DNA of 64,000 nucleotides from Trichoplax sp. H2 (Eukaryota): NCBI GenBank assembly GCA_003344405.1, contig NOWV01000032.1, positions 248,001 to 312,000 of the forward strand, read 5' to 3'. Shown piece by piece: positions 42,328 to 56,216 of this stretch (position 1 is its first letter; each line of letters starts with the position of its first letter). The notes under the pieces were generated by a model. It saw only the letters and a program-made list of their open reading frames with translations, ran no database searches and was not told where the DNA came from. The position numbers and the translations under genes were made by a program.

Positions 42328-44010
42328 CTTATGAACTATACCTTGGACTATTAGAGATTTAGTTCTAAAAGTAGTTTAAGTAAACATAAAATTCTGGGTA
42401 TTCACCATCATCCTCGTACAAGGTTAATTCTTACAAGATGTCTAGGTTCGCGTGTGGATTCCCTACATTTTTAACTAGTCCATGGCTCGCGCCGTGATGA
42501 TCATTACTTATACTGAATAATTACTGCAACTGCGAAGAAAGCTAGAAGTAACTATGCATTTTACCATATAGAAGTGTAATGCAAAATTTTGCAACATTAT
42601 AGCAAATACATAAAGCTATCATGCATTTTGGATTGATATTATGTTACCGAAATAAAATGTAATAAAAGTACGCAGCAGTTTGCACATGCTACATTGGCTC
42701 AGTAGAATACTTTGATTTATGTTTTGAGATATATGACACCATCAACTGTTCCTATTCTGCTTATCACCACTCTTTGTCTTTAAACGATGTTGATATAATG
42801 ACTATCGACAATAACTAATATAAAGGTATTCAAGGTTTTAAAATGTCTTACTGCTTTATGCAACATTTTCAAGATTTCGATTCTTGATTACTATTTTATA
42901 GGGTTATGTCAGCAGCTGCAGCTTTAATCCTTTAGCCCGCTAAGCTTCAGGATTCTCACAATAGCGGATTTTACTGACGCTTAGCTTTTATTGTAAAGGT
43001 TAAAATTCTATAAGAAGAACCACAGTAAAGCATTTGGCCGGTGATTTGCAAAAATCATAAAGCCGTTAGCTCAAATGGTCTCTAATTACATACAAGAGTT
43101 AGTCTAGCGACCTTCTGTTCATTACACGTTAAATCTAACGGTCTTAATAAATGCGTGCAATGCATGACAATCGCGATTGATAAGTAACTAATCATACTAC
43201 TATGCGCGTACATTACAATATTGCACCAGTACATGTTATATGTTATACTGTGCTAGCATGCTGATACAAATCGATACCTTTTACAATTCTAGTCGAAGCA
43301 CCACTTGTGTGATTGCATATTTTATAATAAGGAGATCAGGATAAAACTAAAGTTATATGAATTTAAACTTTGATAAAAAACCAAATCTCTTCTTAGAGAT
43401 CCACATTAGGTCGTGCCACTTCTCATAGTTGAAAATCAAACCCTGAGCGCGTGTCAAATATCAATAAAATGAAAAACTAATAATGTACGTAGTTAAGTTG
43501 ATGTTTAATAGATATATAAGATAACAAAGGCAATTGATATTCAAGGATCTAAAGATAGAGAGCATTCTGTGAAATACCTTAAAATTAATCTCATTTTGCC
43601 TAATGTAATTCTACTCCAGATAGCTCATTCATCGGTTAAACTAAGGATCACCAGATACTTTGTATAAAGTATTTAGCAGCCCATAATTAATACTCAAATT
43701 GAAACCTTCATCTCAAACTAGATTGCGGCATATTAATTGGATTTATTGAGTTTGTGTACGGTATTTAACAGTCAATTGATATTACAAATTTGAGCAAATA
43801 TCAGGATTATCAGTCGAATCATTATACTTGAGTAAATTATTAAAAATGTACTAGTTGCTCGAATTTAGGTAATAGAGCATTGCTGACTAATAATACCCTT
43901 TCGGACAGTAGCCTAACACTCATGTAACATATAGATTTAGTTATAATTTTATAGAGGGTACAATAAGTTCTATACTAGTGACTTATTCTTGTACTATCTA
44001 TAAAACACTA

Positions 44011-45059
44011 TTAATCTTCAGAATTTATGATATCACGTTGGTAATTTTGACTTGCTTTAAGGGCTCCTAAGCCTTCAAGTAGAAATGAAGCACATATGTA
44101 ATTTCCCATAATGCGGTAACAGCGAAAGAAAGAGTCGCAACATTTTAGTCCATCACTGCAATCAGCATTGCTTTCATGACAAGTAATCTGTGAATAGAAA
44201 ATCACAAATGTTCAAAGTTAATTAAATCAGGTGCAAAAAATGTTTATCGGCAGAGATTTAAAAATAGATACTGTATTTTATTATAATGGTAATACCGGTA
44301 ATACGCGAAGGCAAAATCATATCATTCACCGTTTTACGTAATTATATTCAGCATCTAAAGCATCACCGCTGTTATTTTTGCGCAAAATATCTAAGCTATC
44401 CAATAATATTATCTTGCTATTTATTTCAAATTCTGAAGCCCCTTATATGTTTAATATGTTACCTAACAACCTTCATTATGTCGACTAATTTTATTATAAC
44501 TTAATTATTAAGAGTAGGAACATAACAAAAATTCCTGAAGCGTAATGTATCCATAATACAGTTGATTTAAAAGAATAGTCAATGTAAATCTTTAGCGAAA
44601 GTGCTTTATTGATATTCAGTTTAATAAGAAACGATAGCGTAAGAAGAATAGACAATGCTTAAGATTAGCATATCAGCGTGCTTCGGGAATTGATTCCAGG
44701 AGGACTCTCTTAGGTAAAATATATGTAAGTAATAAATGCTTACTATAGGACGACTGATAAAATATTTCTATGCAGTAAATTCCTTTTTTTCATAGTAATG
44801 CAAGCATGATAAATGGTAAACTTACGGTCTTATTATTTCCAGAATGATCAGCATCGTTAGCAAGAGTTGTTTCCTCCGTCTCCTCCTCTTTGTTGTTTGG
44901 GGCGCCCTGCGATTGTTCTTTGACTGGCTGATCTTCTCGTTGCCGAAATGGGTTGAATGAAAACCTAATATCACTTATGTCAATAATTCTTCGACATTGG
45001 ATTTGAATCATACTGGCAAATATTAAAGTAAATATTAAAATTTTCGTATCGACCTTCAT
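44011..45059 (-). CDS. Secreted cysteine-knot (ICK/knottin-like) peptide precursor, ~136 aa; coding exons 45059-44826 and 44187-44011
   Basis: Signal MKVDTKILIFTLIFASMIQIQC, an acidic spacer, a phase-0 GT-AG intron, then ITCHESNADCSDGLKCCDSFFRCYRIMGNYICASFLLEG... = C-X6-C-X5-CC-X5-C-X8-C. A 5'UTR intron at ~45076-46048 and a TATA-like tatatata at ~46153 are probable. Confidence 0.8.
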
Positions 45060-48000
45060 CTTTTCTCGTAACTCCTGAAAACATAGTTAGAGCCAATATT
45101 TAGTATGTCACAGTATACTAGATTGCATTGCCCATATATAATCATTTAACATCAGCGGCCTTGATTATATATATTATCTTACGTATGTTATATTTTATAT
45201 TCCTAAATTTGTAAGCTTCATATGTGATTACTTATAAAAATTCACTATAAATGCATCTTATGTTTATTTTATGTCCCAGTTGCAGTTATTAGCGAAGCCA
45301 AATTGTCCTCATTTTACCTTTACAATAGTTTATATGTCGATCCACTGAAATACTGTATCTTTCTATCCCCATGATACTGAATTCTAAGGAAATAATCTCA
45401 ATTTTTTAATTTTATGGGAATAGTAATAGTGGCAATGGACTTGCAATCTATTCGTACTTCGAATTAACCATCATACTTAGTAAATCATCACCCTCAGAAA
45501 TGGCAAAAAGTCTCTGAAGCGGCAAAATTTCTGTTACATCGAATGCACACTGCAAGTTAAGGGATTTGTTGCATACGCAAATGATTTCTTGTATTAGTTA
45601 AGTAAACTAAGATATGTTCTATTGATTTATGACTATATGACTATAATAGCCTTTAATCTTCTTATTTAAAGGCTATAGGCGATATATCCGTATATACGGA
45701 TGCATTATAAATGAAGGAGCAAATGGTATAAATTTATAAATACCACTCAGGGAAATTTAGGCGACAAGTGCTATTCTATTCTATCAGCTTAATATCGCGG
45801 AAACAGCAAATAGTTTTAATAATTATACCAACATAACTAAACCAACATAATATTATGCAATTAATTTATTCTATGTACTACGGTGTAATAGTAATTAGAT
45901 TACATAAATTAATATAATACCACGTAAGAAAGATAAAACAGTGAAATTATGTGGCACTAGCAAATAGTTACACGAAGAGTTACATAAATATTCTATTTCG
46001 AAAGATTCTCTATCATAGCTTGTTATAAAAAAATGAAGTATTTCTTACCCTAAAGCCTATGAATCAATACTGTTTCGTAAAATCGAACAGTTAAGAGGAG
46101 CCACAAAGGTTGTTGCTTTGTAAGTATTCATCAATATTATCTGTTAAAGGGGTATATATAGCTTCTTTTGCTAACCGTCTCAATGAAGAATTCTTAATAA
46201 TAAAAGTAAATGCTGCTACGACTAATACTAGCAAGGTAAAATTAATTAAATCCGGAAATAACACAGTTTCGACAGATTAAAATATTTACATAAGATGGCA
46301 CCTGTCAAATTGAAATTACAATAATCATGATTAAGCAATTACATAAACGCGTAGGAGACATTGAGCAAATTTCTATGCTTTTATCATATTCTTTATCTCA
46401 GAATCTCGTAAAAGTTTCGAGGTAGTAAATATTTGCTATATGCTTAAATCGTACAGCACCCCTCTTAACCTAAAGAATCCAATAGTTGTTTTAGGACGTG
46501 AATGATTGCATCGTTTGAAATATTTTTATGACCAATAAAGGAGTATTCTAACTTTTTGTCAAGAAATTGCCTTGTTGAAAATGACAGAGAAAAATTAACA
46601 TTTTATAATTTACCTTAATAAAATATCAGCTACGTAATGGCGATTTTCAAGACCTATTTTTAACTTTGTGGATTTATTTATCATTGCTGAAGACAGAAGC
46701 CGGACTCTGATTTATTAAATGCGGATAATTGTTGAGTAACATATGTGTAATATCTTTTTATATACATTGCGATGCGATCAATGTACGATTACGAAGATTT
46801 AAATTAAGAAGTTTACGTATGATGATGCATTATGGCATTTCGAATATTTGATGGTCTTTTTTGTTTCTTTATAATCTCATTGATTTAGTTGATTAAATTT
46901 TTAATTTTTAACTAAAGATAAAACAAGAGCTTCTCCTTACATTTATATGAAATGGACCATCTGCTCCTTTGCCAAGTCAATCTGTTATAAAGCGTGCTTG
47001 ATTCAAACAGAACGCCAGAAATTGATATTGTGCTCTCGTTAATCCGTTTATTGAGTCAATATAAAATAACCTTCTACATGATGCCAAATATAGTTACCAC
47101 TTAAAGTTATTCTCTAATCACACATAAGACCGTAAATATTTAATTAACACTATCATTCAAACTGATTCTTTCATAAGTTATTCAGTAATATACAGTATAT
47201 CGTAAACTATAATACTATTAGTGAAAATATTGGATACTGTATCGTATATTTAAGCAAGGTTACTGCTGTTGGAATAAATGCATGTACTGTAGGTTGTAGA
47301 ACAATATTTTCATTTATTTGTAATGTGCAACATTTACATATACGGTCTAAGCTGAATCGTACCAAAAAGGAAACTACTCTATATTTCAATTTTATTCACT
47401 TTGAATTAACCATCCACACAGCTAAACAATTCACTCAACAAATTTGTAATGATATCGCAACTGTTCTTCTCAGATTCTTCCTTAGGAGTACGGCACATAT
47501 AAACAATAAACGTACAGTACGGTTTTGAACCGCAGATGGAAGTTACTAATCACAGTTCCTAGGTGCTCTTAGTATGGATTGACATCGTAAGCACTTATTA
47601 TCGTATCATTCACACTTATCCTAAGAGAAGTATGCTAAAAACTTGTTTCAATTCAATTACAGTAGTTACATGTTATCTGAACAGATTTTAATATTACAGG
47701 ATCGAGTTAACACTTTTGAAACATAATTATAGAATATATTAATAATACGAGTATAAGTTTCGAAATACTAGTAAATTTAGTATTTTAGTGTGCACTTGGT
47801 ATTAAGTCAATATTGAACAATACTGAGGTATATTTCGAATTAATTGCTGCAAATGAACCATTCGTATAAATTCTGATTTCATATCGGTAGTCACTACCGC
47901 AGTAATCGTATCTTTTAGATAAATTTTCCTGCGGGTACGTCTTTTACTTGCCTACGATATGTTGTATGTCACGTATTCTGCTAGATTATGACTACTCGTA

Positions 48001-49472
48001 TCTGAACTTATCACAGCTGTGCTTCTCTATTTCTGATTAGTGCTATTTTAAGCTGCGTCGTATTTTATACTCAAAAATTAATTACAGTAATTAATATCTT
48101 TAATTGCATAACAAGAAACCTATATCTGATTGTGACGAATACAATAGCAGGTTAGTATTGTAGCAAAACGGTCATTCCACTATTTCGAATTAATTATAAT
48201 GATAAAATTTAATTTAATATAGTCTTTATCAATCATATATTATTTGATTGTTAAATGTCATTCCTTTGAATTGAACTGATTCTCGCTTATACAATACCAT
48301 AGCCAAAATCTATTTACAAGGAGTAAATAGTTGTAACGTTGTAACGATATATGTCTCTTAAAACAATACTGCATCCAAATTATCATAAAATTCCTTGAAT
48401 TAAGTCAGTTTCACGGACACACTTGAAATAATTACCACACTGTAATACTTGAGTACTAAATTCCTTTCGTAAATTTGTTTTCTGAATAGTATAATGCGCA
48501 CTTTCTAATTTTTACCTCTTCCTTATAACATAGCATTTCAGAGTAATTTAATTTCGAGCCGGGTAAAAACAGCTGCTTTTAAGCTAGGATAGAAATCTAA
48601 TTTAACGTGAGGCTGTAAGACACTGTATAGACATTTCTACTCAGACTACTGTACGAGTGTACGCAGCAGACAAACTGCGTTCATTCAAGTGTATTCATCC
48701 ACTTACGTCTTATTGATCTTATTTGTTTCACTACCGTATTTCGAGCTGAAGACAGAGTCTCACAACATCTTCCACAGAATTTCATGGCTGATTGACAATG
48801 AAATAGAATTAATGAATGAATTATAAATATTATTTAACCGTGAACTACAGTCGGAGCTAGGTACAGTACAATAGCTTCGCTCTAACAAGAAACTGATTCA
48901 TTTTTTTTATTTTTGGTAAAATATTCTTTTTCAAATAGTACAGTACATATTCACTTTTCGTAATATATCTTGTAGTTTTAAAGAGTTGACACATGTGGCA
49001 ATTCCACGGTTTTCTGTCATATTGTTCGTCAAATTTTATAGGCTGCTACTTACTAGTTAGTAGTCGTAAGACGCAAGATAATAAGAGAGATACCGATGAC
49101 CCAAGCAGTCTTTAAAACTGGGGACTTCTTATCTTAACAAGACTTTGTCCATTCGTCTGACTCTCCGATTCGCCCGTCTCTCCTTCCTTTCCCTACGGAC
49201 AAAGTTTTATAAGTTTTAGTAAAGGTTATTATTAAGGGACCCTTGTTATTATTTGTCATGTACAGTTTATTAATGACGGTGAGAAGTCGGAAGACAGTAA
49301 ACATACAGTCATGGTACACATTCGATGTACACTGTATAGTGTACAGTATGAATAAAATGATGTCATCATTCGTCCAATAACTAGTGCAGTGAAAGCTCAT
49401 CTGCAGTACAACCTGTACATGAAAGTTAATGAGAGACACTAGAGGAATCCATTGGAAAAACTCTCGTTCAAC

Positions 49473-51164
49473 ATGAAGACTCGTGTACAATTCATCTTTT
49501 TGACCTTGTTGGTTTTCTTGGAGATATCAAGCGCATGTACACACCCTAAGCAACTACAGGGTATTTTAGCAGATGCAATAGCGACTAAAAAAATGCAACC
49601 AGGCGCCAAATTAGACTTACTACAACTTGGAATCCGTTATTATTACGACTCTGTACTGCAGAAGATTCGTCTTGACGAAAATATCGATGGAACCCGAATT
49701 ACAGTTATTCAAGATTATAAACGGGTACAACATCCAAATACACGTATTTTGTGCAATAGCTGCTTGAAATTATAACGTATGCGTACGTATAATACGGATA
49801 TACATTTGGCTCAATTTTCCGACGATTTCGTCAGAAAAGTGTTCGTGTGCCAAGCTGATTGGCTGGTAGTGAACGTCGTTCTTATCAATGTTGTCAATTT
49901 CTTTCTCACACTCTGTAAGAAATTTGTAAAATCGGCGAGCGCTTAGGGAAGACAGGATCATTATAAATCAGTATGAGACCGCATCGATTGATTAAATAGA
50001 TCTTACGTGATTACAGTACTTAGGGAATCGTATTAATATTGATCGCTTTTATTTGACAATGCGCGTGCAATAGTAACTGTTTCAAGTCGAGAAATCAGAA
50101 AAGTTACAGGTGCATCATGCAGTCTTATGAAAAAGTAAATCTATACCCGTATACCTGATTGATATTTTTTGATTTTATCCTTATTACGAGATGTATTTCC
50201 CTTTCCCAGTTTGAGTGCTGATTGATCTCACCGTCAATCCAATCGAATTAACCTAATTATTAGTCTTTGGTACATACCTGTAGTAATAAGTTAACGAATC
50301 TGTACCGTGTTCGTACACATTAATTGTAAGTATACTAGTCTTTTACTCCGTTGCGTTGCCGACGGATCGGACTCATAACGTTAGCTTGGATCAAATCCAA
50401 TAGATGGACTAACGATTTTTAAATTATGCATCATATACAAATGGGCTTTAATTGATAAGCAATTCAACTATTCTCTCCTTTAACTCTTGTTTTTAGCACA
50501 AGTCTTACACTATCATCAATGGTGATAAATGTACAAGCTCTAACTTAACACAACGCTTTCCAGATTACCCACCACGTAAGTATTTGGCTGTGTGAACATT
50601 TAGCATCATTCATTTTCTAATCTTATTCTATTGTGATCAGTACTAAATAACTTTGCCAAGTGGGATTTAAAATTCTGGTTTAAGCATTTAAGCGTCATTT
50701 ATTGGCTTAACTCATTGTTATATTATTTCAAAAATCTAGAAGATATAAAATCACTCGGAACTTTTGAATTTGGAGGATCAAGGAATAAAATTCAAGTCGA
50801 TGGCTATTCATTCATTTTTCAGGGCACATCTGTTCAACTTTTCTTTAACTCAAAGAATTGTATTCCAGTAGCTGAAACTGCATATATTCAAATGCCGAAT
50901 CAATTGTCTTTATCAGCTATTGCATTTTCCAATATGACCGCAAGTATCACAGATCCTTCCGTATTTAACCTACCTCCCGTATGTTCCGAATTCGCCACAA
51001 CGACTCTTGAGGTTAGTAATAACAACAACAGAAGTGTATGTTAACCTTGATAAAAGCACTAGCTGTATGCCTCTAAAATCGGTTTGCTCTTTTTTTTACA
51101 GAGGTTCGATCCTATCCACCATGCTAGGTTAAGATTTGCTGAAAGACATGTACGCTTACACTAA
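49473..51164 (+). CDS. Ependymin-related secreted protein D (4-Cys type); exons 49473-49724, 50497-50575, 50740-51011, 51102-51164
   Basis: Signal peptide, CTHPKQLQG, YYYDSVLQKIR, FGG, NCIPVAE and SITDPSVFNLPPVC; tail RFDPIHHARLRFAERHVRLH*. Confidence 0.88.
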
Positions 51165-54106
51165 CAGCTTGGATTAGAAGAAAACATATCCTAGATGTCC
51201 TGTATCCCATAATTCCGTTATACGCGACCAGTATTGATAAGAGAAAGGATTAGTCTATAGGCATTTCGTTATTCTACATTTTATGTTGTAATTAAGAAGT
51301 TACTTAATTAACTGTAAAATTACATTAATAAATGAACTTCTATTCTTCTTGTTATCTCAAAATCGAATTTTTATTATTACAAGACTCACTTCCTATTGAT
51401 AAATCTAAAAAATCACTTTTCCAGTGTTAAATAAACGGTTTCCAAAAATTTGCTAGCAATCACCAACAGTTAGGTCGTATTCGCAATCTACTCCAGATTC
51501 ATTGCTCCGTTCCTTCTATAGTAACAGGAGTATAAACGTGAAACTAGACAATCAGCTTGTAGCAGTTCTTTCTTGAACTGTAAAGGCTGCTTGATAGGAA
51601 GGGAAGCTATTTTTATACTATTTGTTTACGAATTAAATATTGTCAACAAGGTTCTACGAGTCACATTGGTATAGATAGGTAGGAATATACTGTATCTTAA
51701 GTTTATATTAACAAAGTTCTTACTCTTATTTCGGGCTTTAACCAGCTATTATGCATAATACGCGGGATTCGGGCTTTAGCCGTAACATTAACCTTAAGAT
51801 AATAATAACGTACAGCGAATGGACAGGATGTTAAGTCAGTGAGGTTATGAAGCAGAAATTAGTATTATTTATAGCAGTGTTTTGCATCTTACTTCTTATT
51901 CACTCCGAAATTCGAAACGAATTAGGCTCTCCCAATCGCAAAACACTGATTTGTAGCTTATAAAACGACATACGAGTATGTAGAGAGCATAGCTGCACAA
52001 TTAAAATAATGCATTCCTGTCTACTGTAAGTACTATACTGTATATCAAGTGATTGTAAAGCTGTAGCTAGGAACTATAGGTGCCGTAAATGACTACATAC
52101 GACTATCTATATTTGAAATGTATAATACAAATCAAAGGTCTGAATTTAGAGACCTCCACGGTCTGATCCGGATCAACTAAATTTTTTGATAAAAAGATTT
52201 AGAACGATGATAAACGCGTACATTCCTCATTACGTGACGTGGACCACGATTTTACTCATACACTATTTACTACCATGCTTACTGCAATGCGATACATTAG
52301 TTTTAAGATATACAAGAAGACATGCACGATAGCACATTTTCCGACGCATTAGTTTGCCTTATTAACTCCTTTGTGGCATTGAATCTGTCAGCTGTAGGGT
52401 TATATATTCTTGATGAGCAGGTAGCGTTTAATTGACAATTAAAGTTAGGAGACGATACATAGATAAGTTAGCTTCGTGGTGATGAGATTAAGGACAAGCA
52501 GCGAGAGCAATGTAATCTACGTGTATGTGTATTCATACGTTATTCATTCACAGTCCAATCTTGAGAACTAATCTACTGTTGCAGTAAGTTTTGTATATCT
52601 ACTGTATCGTTATTATTTGCAGGTTTACTAAACAGCATACAGTTAATGACTAGTACAGTCACAATATCAGAGATGCGATAGGATATTCCGTTGGTACGCG
52701 TATGATGTAAGTGACAGAGAGCCAATATTTGGACTAATTAATGTAATTAGTTATCAGAACATTATGACTGTTCACGTACTGTACCAACAAGTTCTCAGAG
52801 CTAGAGCAAGCCCATTACTTCATATGTCAGATAAACTACTATATGATACCGGGTACCGTACATCGCAAAAAAAACTCAGATACGGAGACTGTTGCTGGAT
52901 TTATTTGCAGTCTGAACGTGGAATTCGCGTAGCTCGCATTTTTTGAGTTGAAAACTAGCACGAATTTAATGAAGCTAACGAAAATTTACATACATATATA
53001 CTGGCAATAAGATAATTAATAAGAAAAAAATCACTTTATATATATTACGAAATCGAAATCTAGAGGTACCGAACTAATAGCAATATAAACAGTAATCACG
53101 AAAGTAAATTACATGCTTCATAGATTTATTAAATTAAGTATCTTTTTTACAATTCACCAACCCGTTAATATTATATAACATATATATTACTGCCAGTGGC
53201 CGATTATGGATTTGGCCGTAACTTATATATAATCCAGACAATCGTAAGTCAGCACGACTAATTCAGCACATTGATAGATTCTCCTCGTTGTAGTCCTTTA
53301 ATAATAACTTTTGCACTGTATGTTGCCAATCAAAGTTCTGCTAATATTAGGTATGCCATAACACGTAATACAATATGGTACGTAATATTTATGTAAAATT
53401 CGTTAATATTCTACGACAATAATTTGAGCAATGCAACAAATTTAAATAAAGTACTTCAACGATAAAGTTTTAGATATTTTTTGTCGCTGAAGAAACCCAA
53501 CAACAGGTTTCTGAAACTGATCAACATTAAAATATTTCATCCTTATCGTATTCGCATATCTACAGATTTTACTACTTGTTTCGTAAGCGATTGCAAGAAT
53601 CCTCTATAATGCAGTTACTAGTTTTATGACTCCTAAAATCTAACATCTTCTATAGTAGTACTGTTATGATATCTTCCCGTATTGTTCTGGTCGAAACATT
53701 ACGAACCGTAATTTACGGTCAATATGTAAATTTTATTAAACGTTACTATAATAAGAACTTTTCATTATTATTATCTCAAATTATTATTATGTAAATCAAC
53801 TGCCACGGTGTTAATACAATACTATGCCATCAATGTGAAACAGGTTGTCAAGTAAACGATAGACGTCAACCAGGATTTCAAAAAATCATGATTAATGATT
53901 AATTACAATAATAAAGCGTTGTATTACTTACCTATTAATAACATTACTATACTACTTATAATATTTCTTTTTAACAATATTAGCATTATTTCCGGTCAGC
54001 TAATTGGGTTGACGGCAACTAGTTGCCAGCTTCATTGACAATTTTTGAAATAGGCAAAATATTGGAACTCGCGGAGAAGAAAAACTAGAGCATCACCAAT
54101 ACAGTT

Positions 54107-56216
54107 ATGCGTTATATCCTTGTTTTGGCAACATTAATCACCATGGCTCTAGGCTGTTGCCTGCCAGAAAGATTTCTAGTTAACATTGATACTTATAACC
54201 CACGCATTCGTAGTAATCTTAATCTTACAAGTCATTCAATGATATATGCTTATGATTCCATTAATAACAAGATAATGGTGAAGTATTCAGAGAGCAAGAA
54301 AATCATTTATGATTATCTAAATGTATGTTTTCTAATGACTAGCGATATGTAATGATTATAAATTATGTAACAGTTACTCTAGTTTACTTAATTCATCATA
54401 AATTCAACTGGGGTGCTTGGTAGTCCATTAGTGCAAGTATCTTATAGCTTTAAACTAAATCCATACTCATGGATCACTAATTGCTCTGAAAATTTAGTAA
54501 TTCATATTCCTACGCACGTATTAAGCAGAATCGTATTAACATTACGCCACTACAGAGATCATAATAATTCCAGTCGATAACTTCTTATGTTAGTCATTCA
54601 AATCGACAGTATATCACTGTAATAAAATTTAAATCCAAAGAAAACATCAGTGGATAGTGATAGCTTTTACTACAATTTCTTGGAAGTCTATTGTTAACGA
54701 ATTATTATATATACATCTGGCAAAACATCATCAGCCATCTTACAAGTTTCTATAGCTTCCTATTACATTTTTCATATACTTTTAGTCGGCAATACTATTG
54801 CAATTATCATGATAGATATGATATCTCTACTAGTATAGGTCTCTATTAACTTCAATAACTATTTAAATCAGTTAATCTGCTAACGTTACAATCACTAAGA
54901 CTATTCAGGAATACTGCTTTAAAGTTTTGCTCTATTTTGGAAATAGGGTTTCCTGTATAATCAAGTCAATGCCACACACTGCATCAGTTCCAGGATATCC
55001 ACCAGGAATTTACAGAAAATCTGCCTATCTATACGTAAGAGCAAGATAAAGTGTTTTCAACCTTAGAATTAGATTATCTACCTTAAATCTCCCTTACAGT
55101 AATGGATAATATACAATAGACAAGCTAATATTTTTTATTTTTTCGTATTTACTGCTCTTCAATATGAATATATACTGAACTCAACTTAAAAATTTCCAAT
55201 ATGAGAAGCTTAGCCATTTTTCACACATCCATATTTCTCTCACCTTTTTTATATATCAAAAATAAATATATATATACTCAATATTCATAAGCTTCAGTGA
55301 GTGTGTACGAATAACATCTCAAATAGCAATTTGCACTGTCTAGTACCGTATCTTTTCATCTTCACTACTTTAAATAAGATGAAAAATTATAACTGTATCT
55401 CAAAAATCTATTACAAAATAATATCAACTCAATTAGAAATAATCAACCGATAGAGGTGTAATTGCAACACATACTTCTACTTTGTAGTAAACAATAGTGC
55501 GATGGGCCACTACAATCTCGGTGCCGGTAAACTGCCTTTCACGGCGTACGGAAAACGAACTGTTTCTGCCAATGTGGCCCGCGGATGGATATATACAATA
55601 TCGGAAGGCTGTTTGCCATTGACTACAACATCTTACTCAAATGATGTCAAACGCGGATACGCCTCTACAGCTGTATGGACTAACATGAAATTGCAATTTA
55701 ATAGCTCTGTCTTATTCCGTCCATCTCAATCTTGTCAATCAACCGCAAGTTCTACGCGTCACATTAATGTAAGTCATTTATTTTATTATTGGCCACTAGT
55801 ATATGCTGATATTTGCGATCTGTTAGCGAACTGCTTAAAGGGTTCGTTAATCTGTGAAATATTATACCGGCTTTTGGAGAAAATATAACAGCATAAAGTA
55901 GCTACTATCGATTATTCATTAATGTACAATTGTTTCCTAGGAATTTAATTTGATGAAAGACATTCACAGTAAATCTAGTCAACCGTTAGATGAGAAAAAA
56001 ACTAAATTTATAAGTAGAATAAATAAATTCATGGATAAAGTTGAGATGGAACGTCAGCAAGAAAACCTTCGTTATCTAGAAGAAATGAAACAGCGCCAGG
56101 AAAAGTATCGTATGCAGCAGGAACTAGAGACATACGAACGTTTAGCAGAATCAGAACTCAGGGAAGAAGACGGTAACTATGAAGATGATGATGATGAGGA
56201 TTTGAATTGGGAATAA
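54107..56216 (+). CDS. Ependymin-related secreted protein E with a long charged/acidic tail; exons 54107-54322, 54947-55034, 55488-55768, 55941-56216
   Basis: MRYILVLATLITMALG|CCLP, YAYDSINNKI, YNLGAG, GCLPL, WTNM and FRPSQSC; a 91-aa tail ends EEDGNYEDDDDEDLNWE*. Confidence 0.85.
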
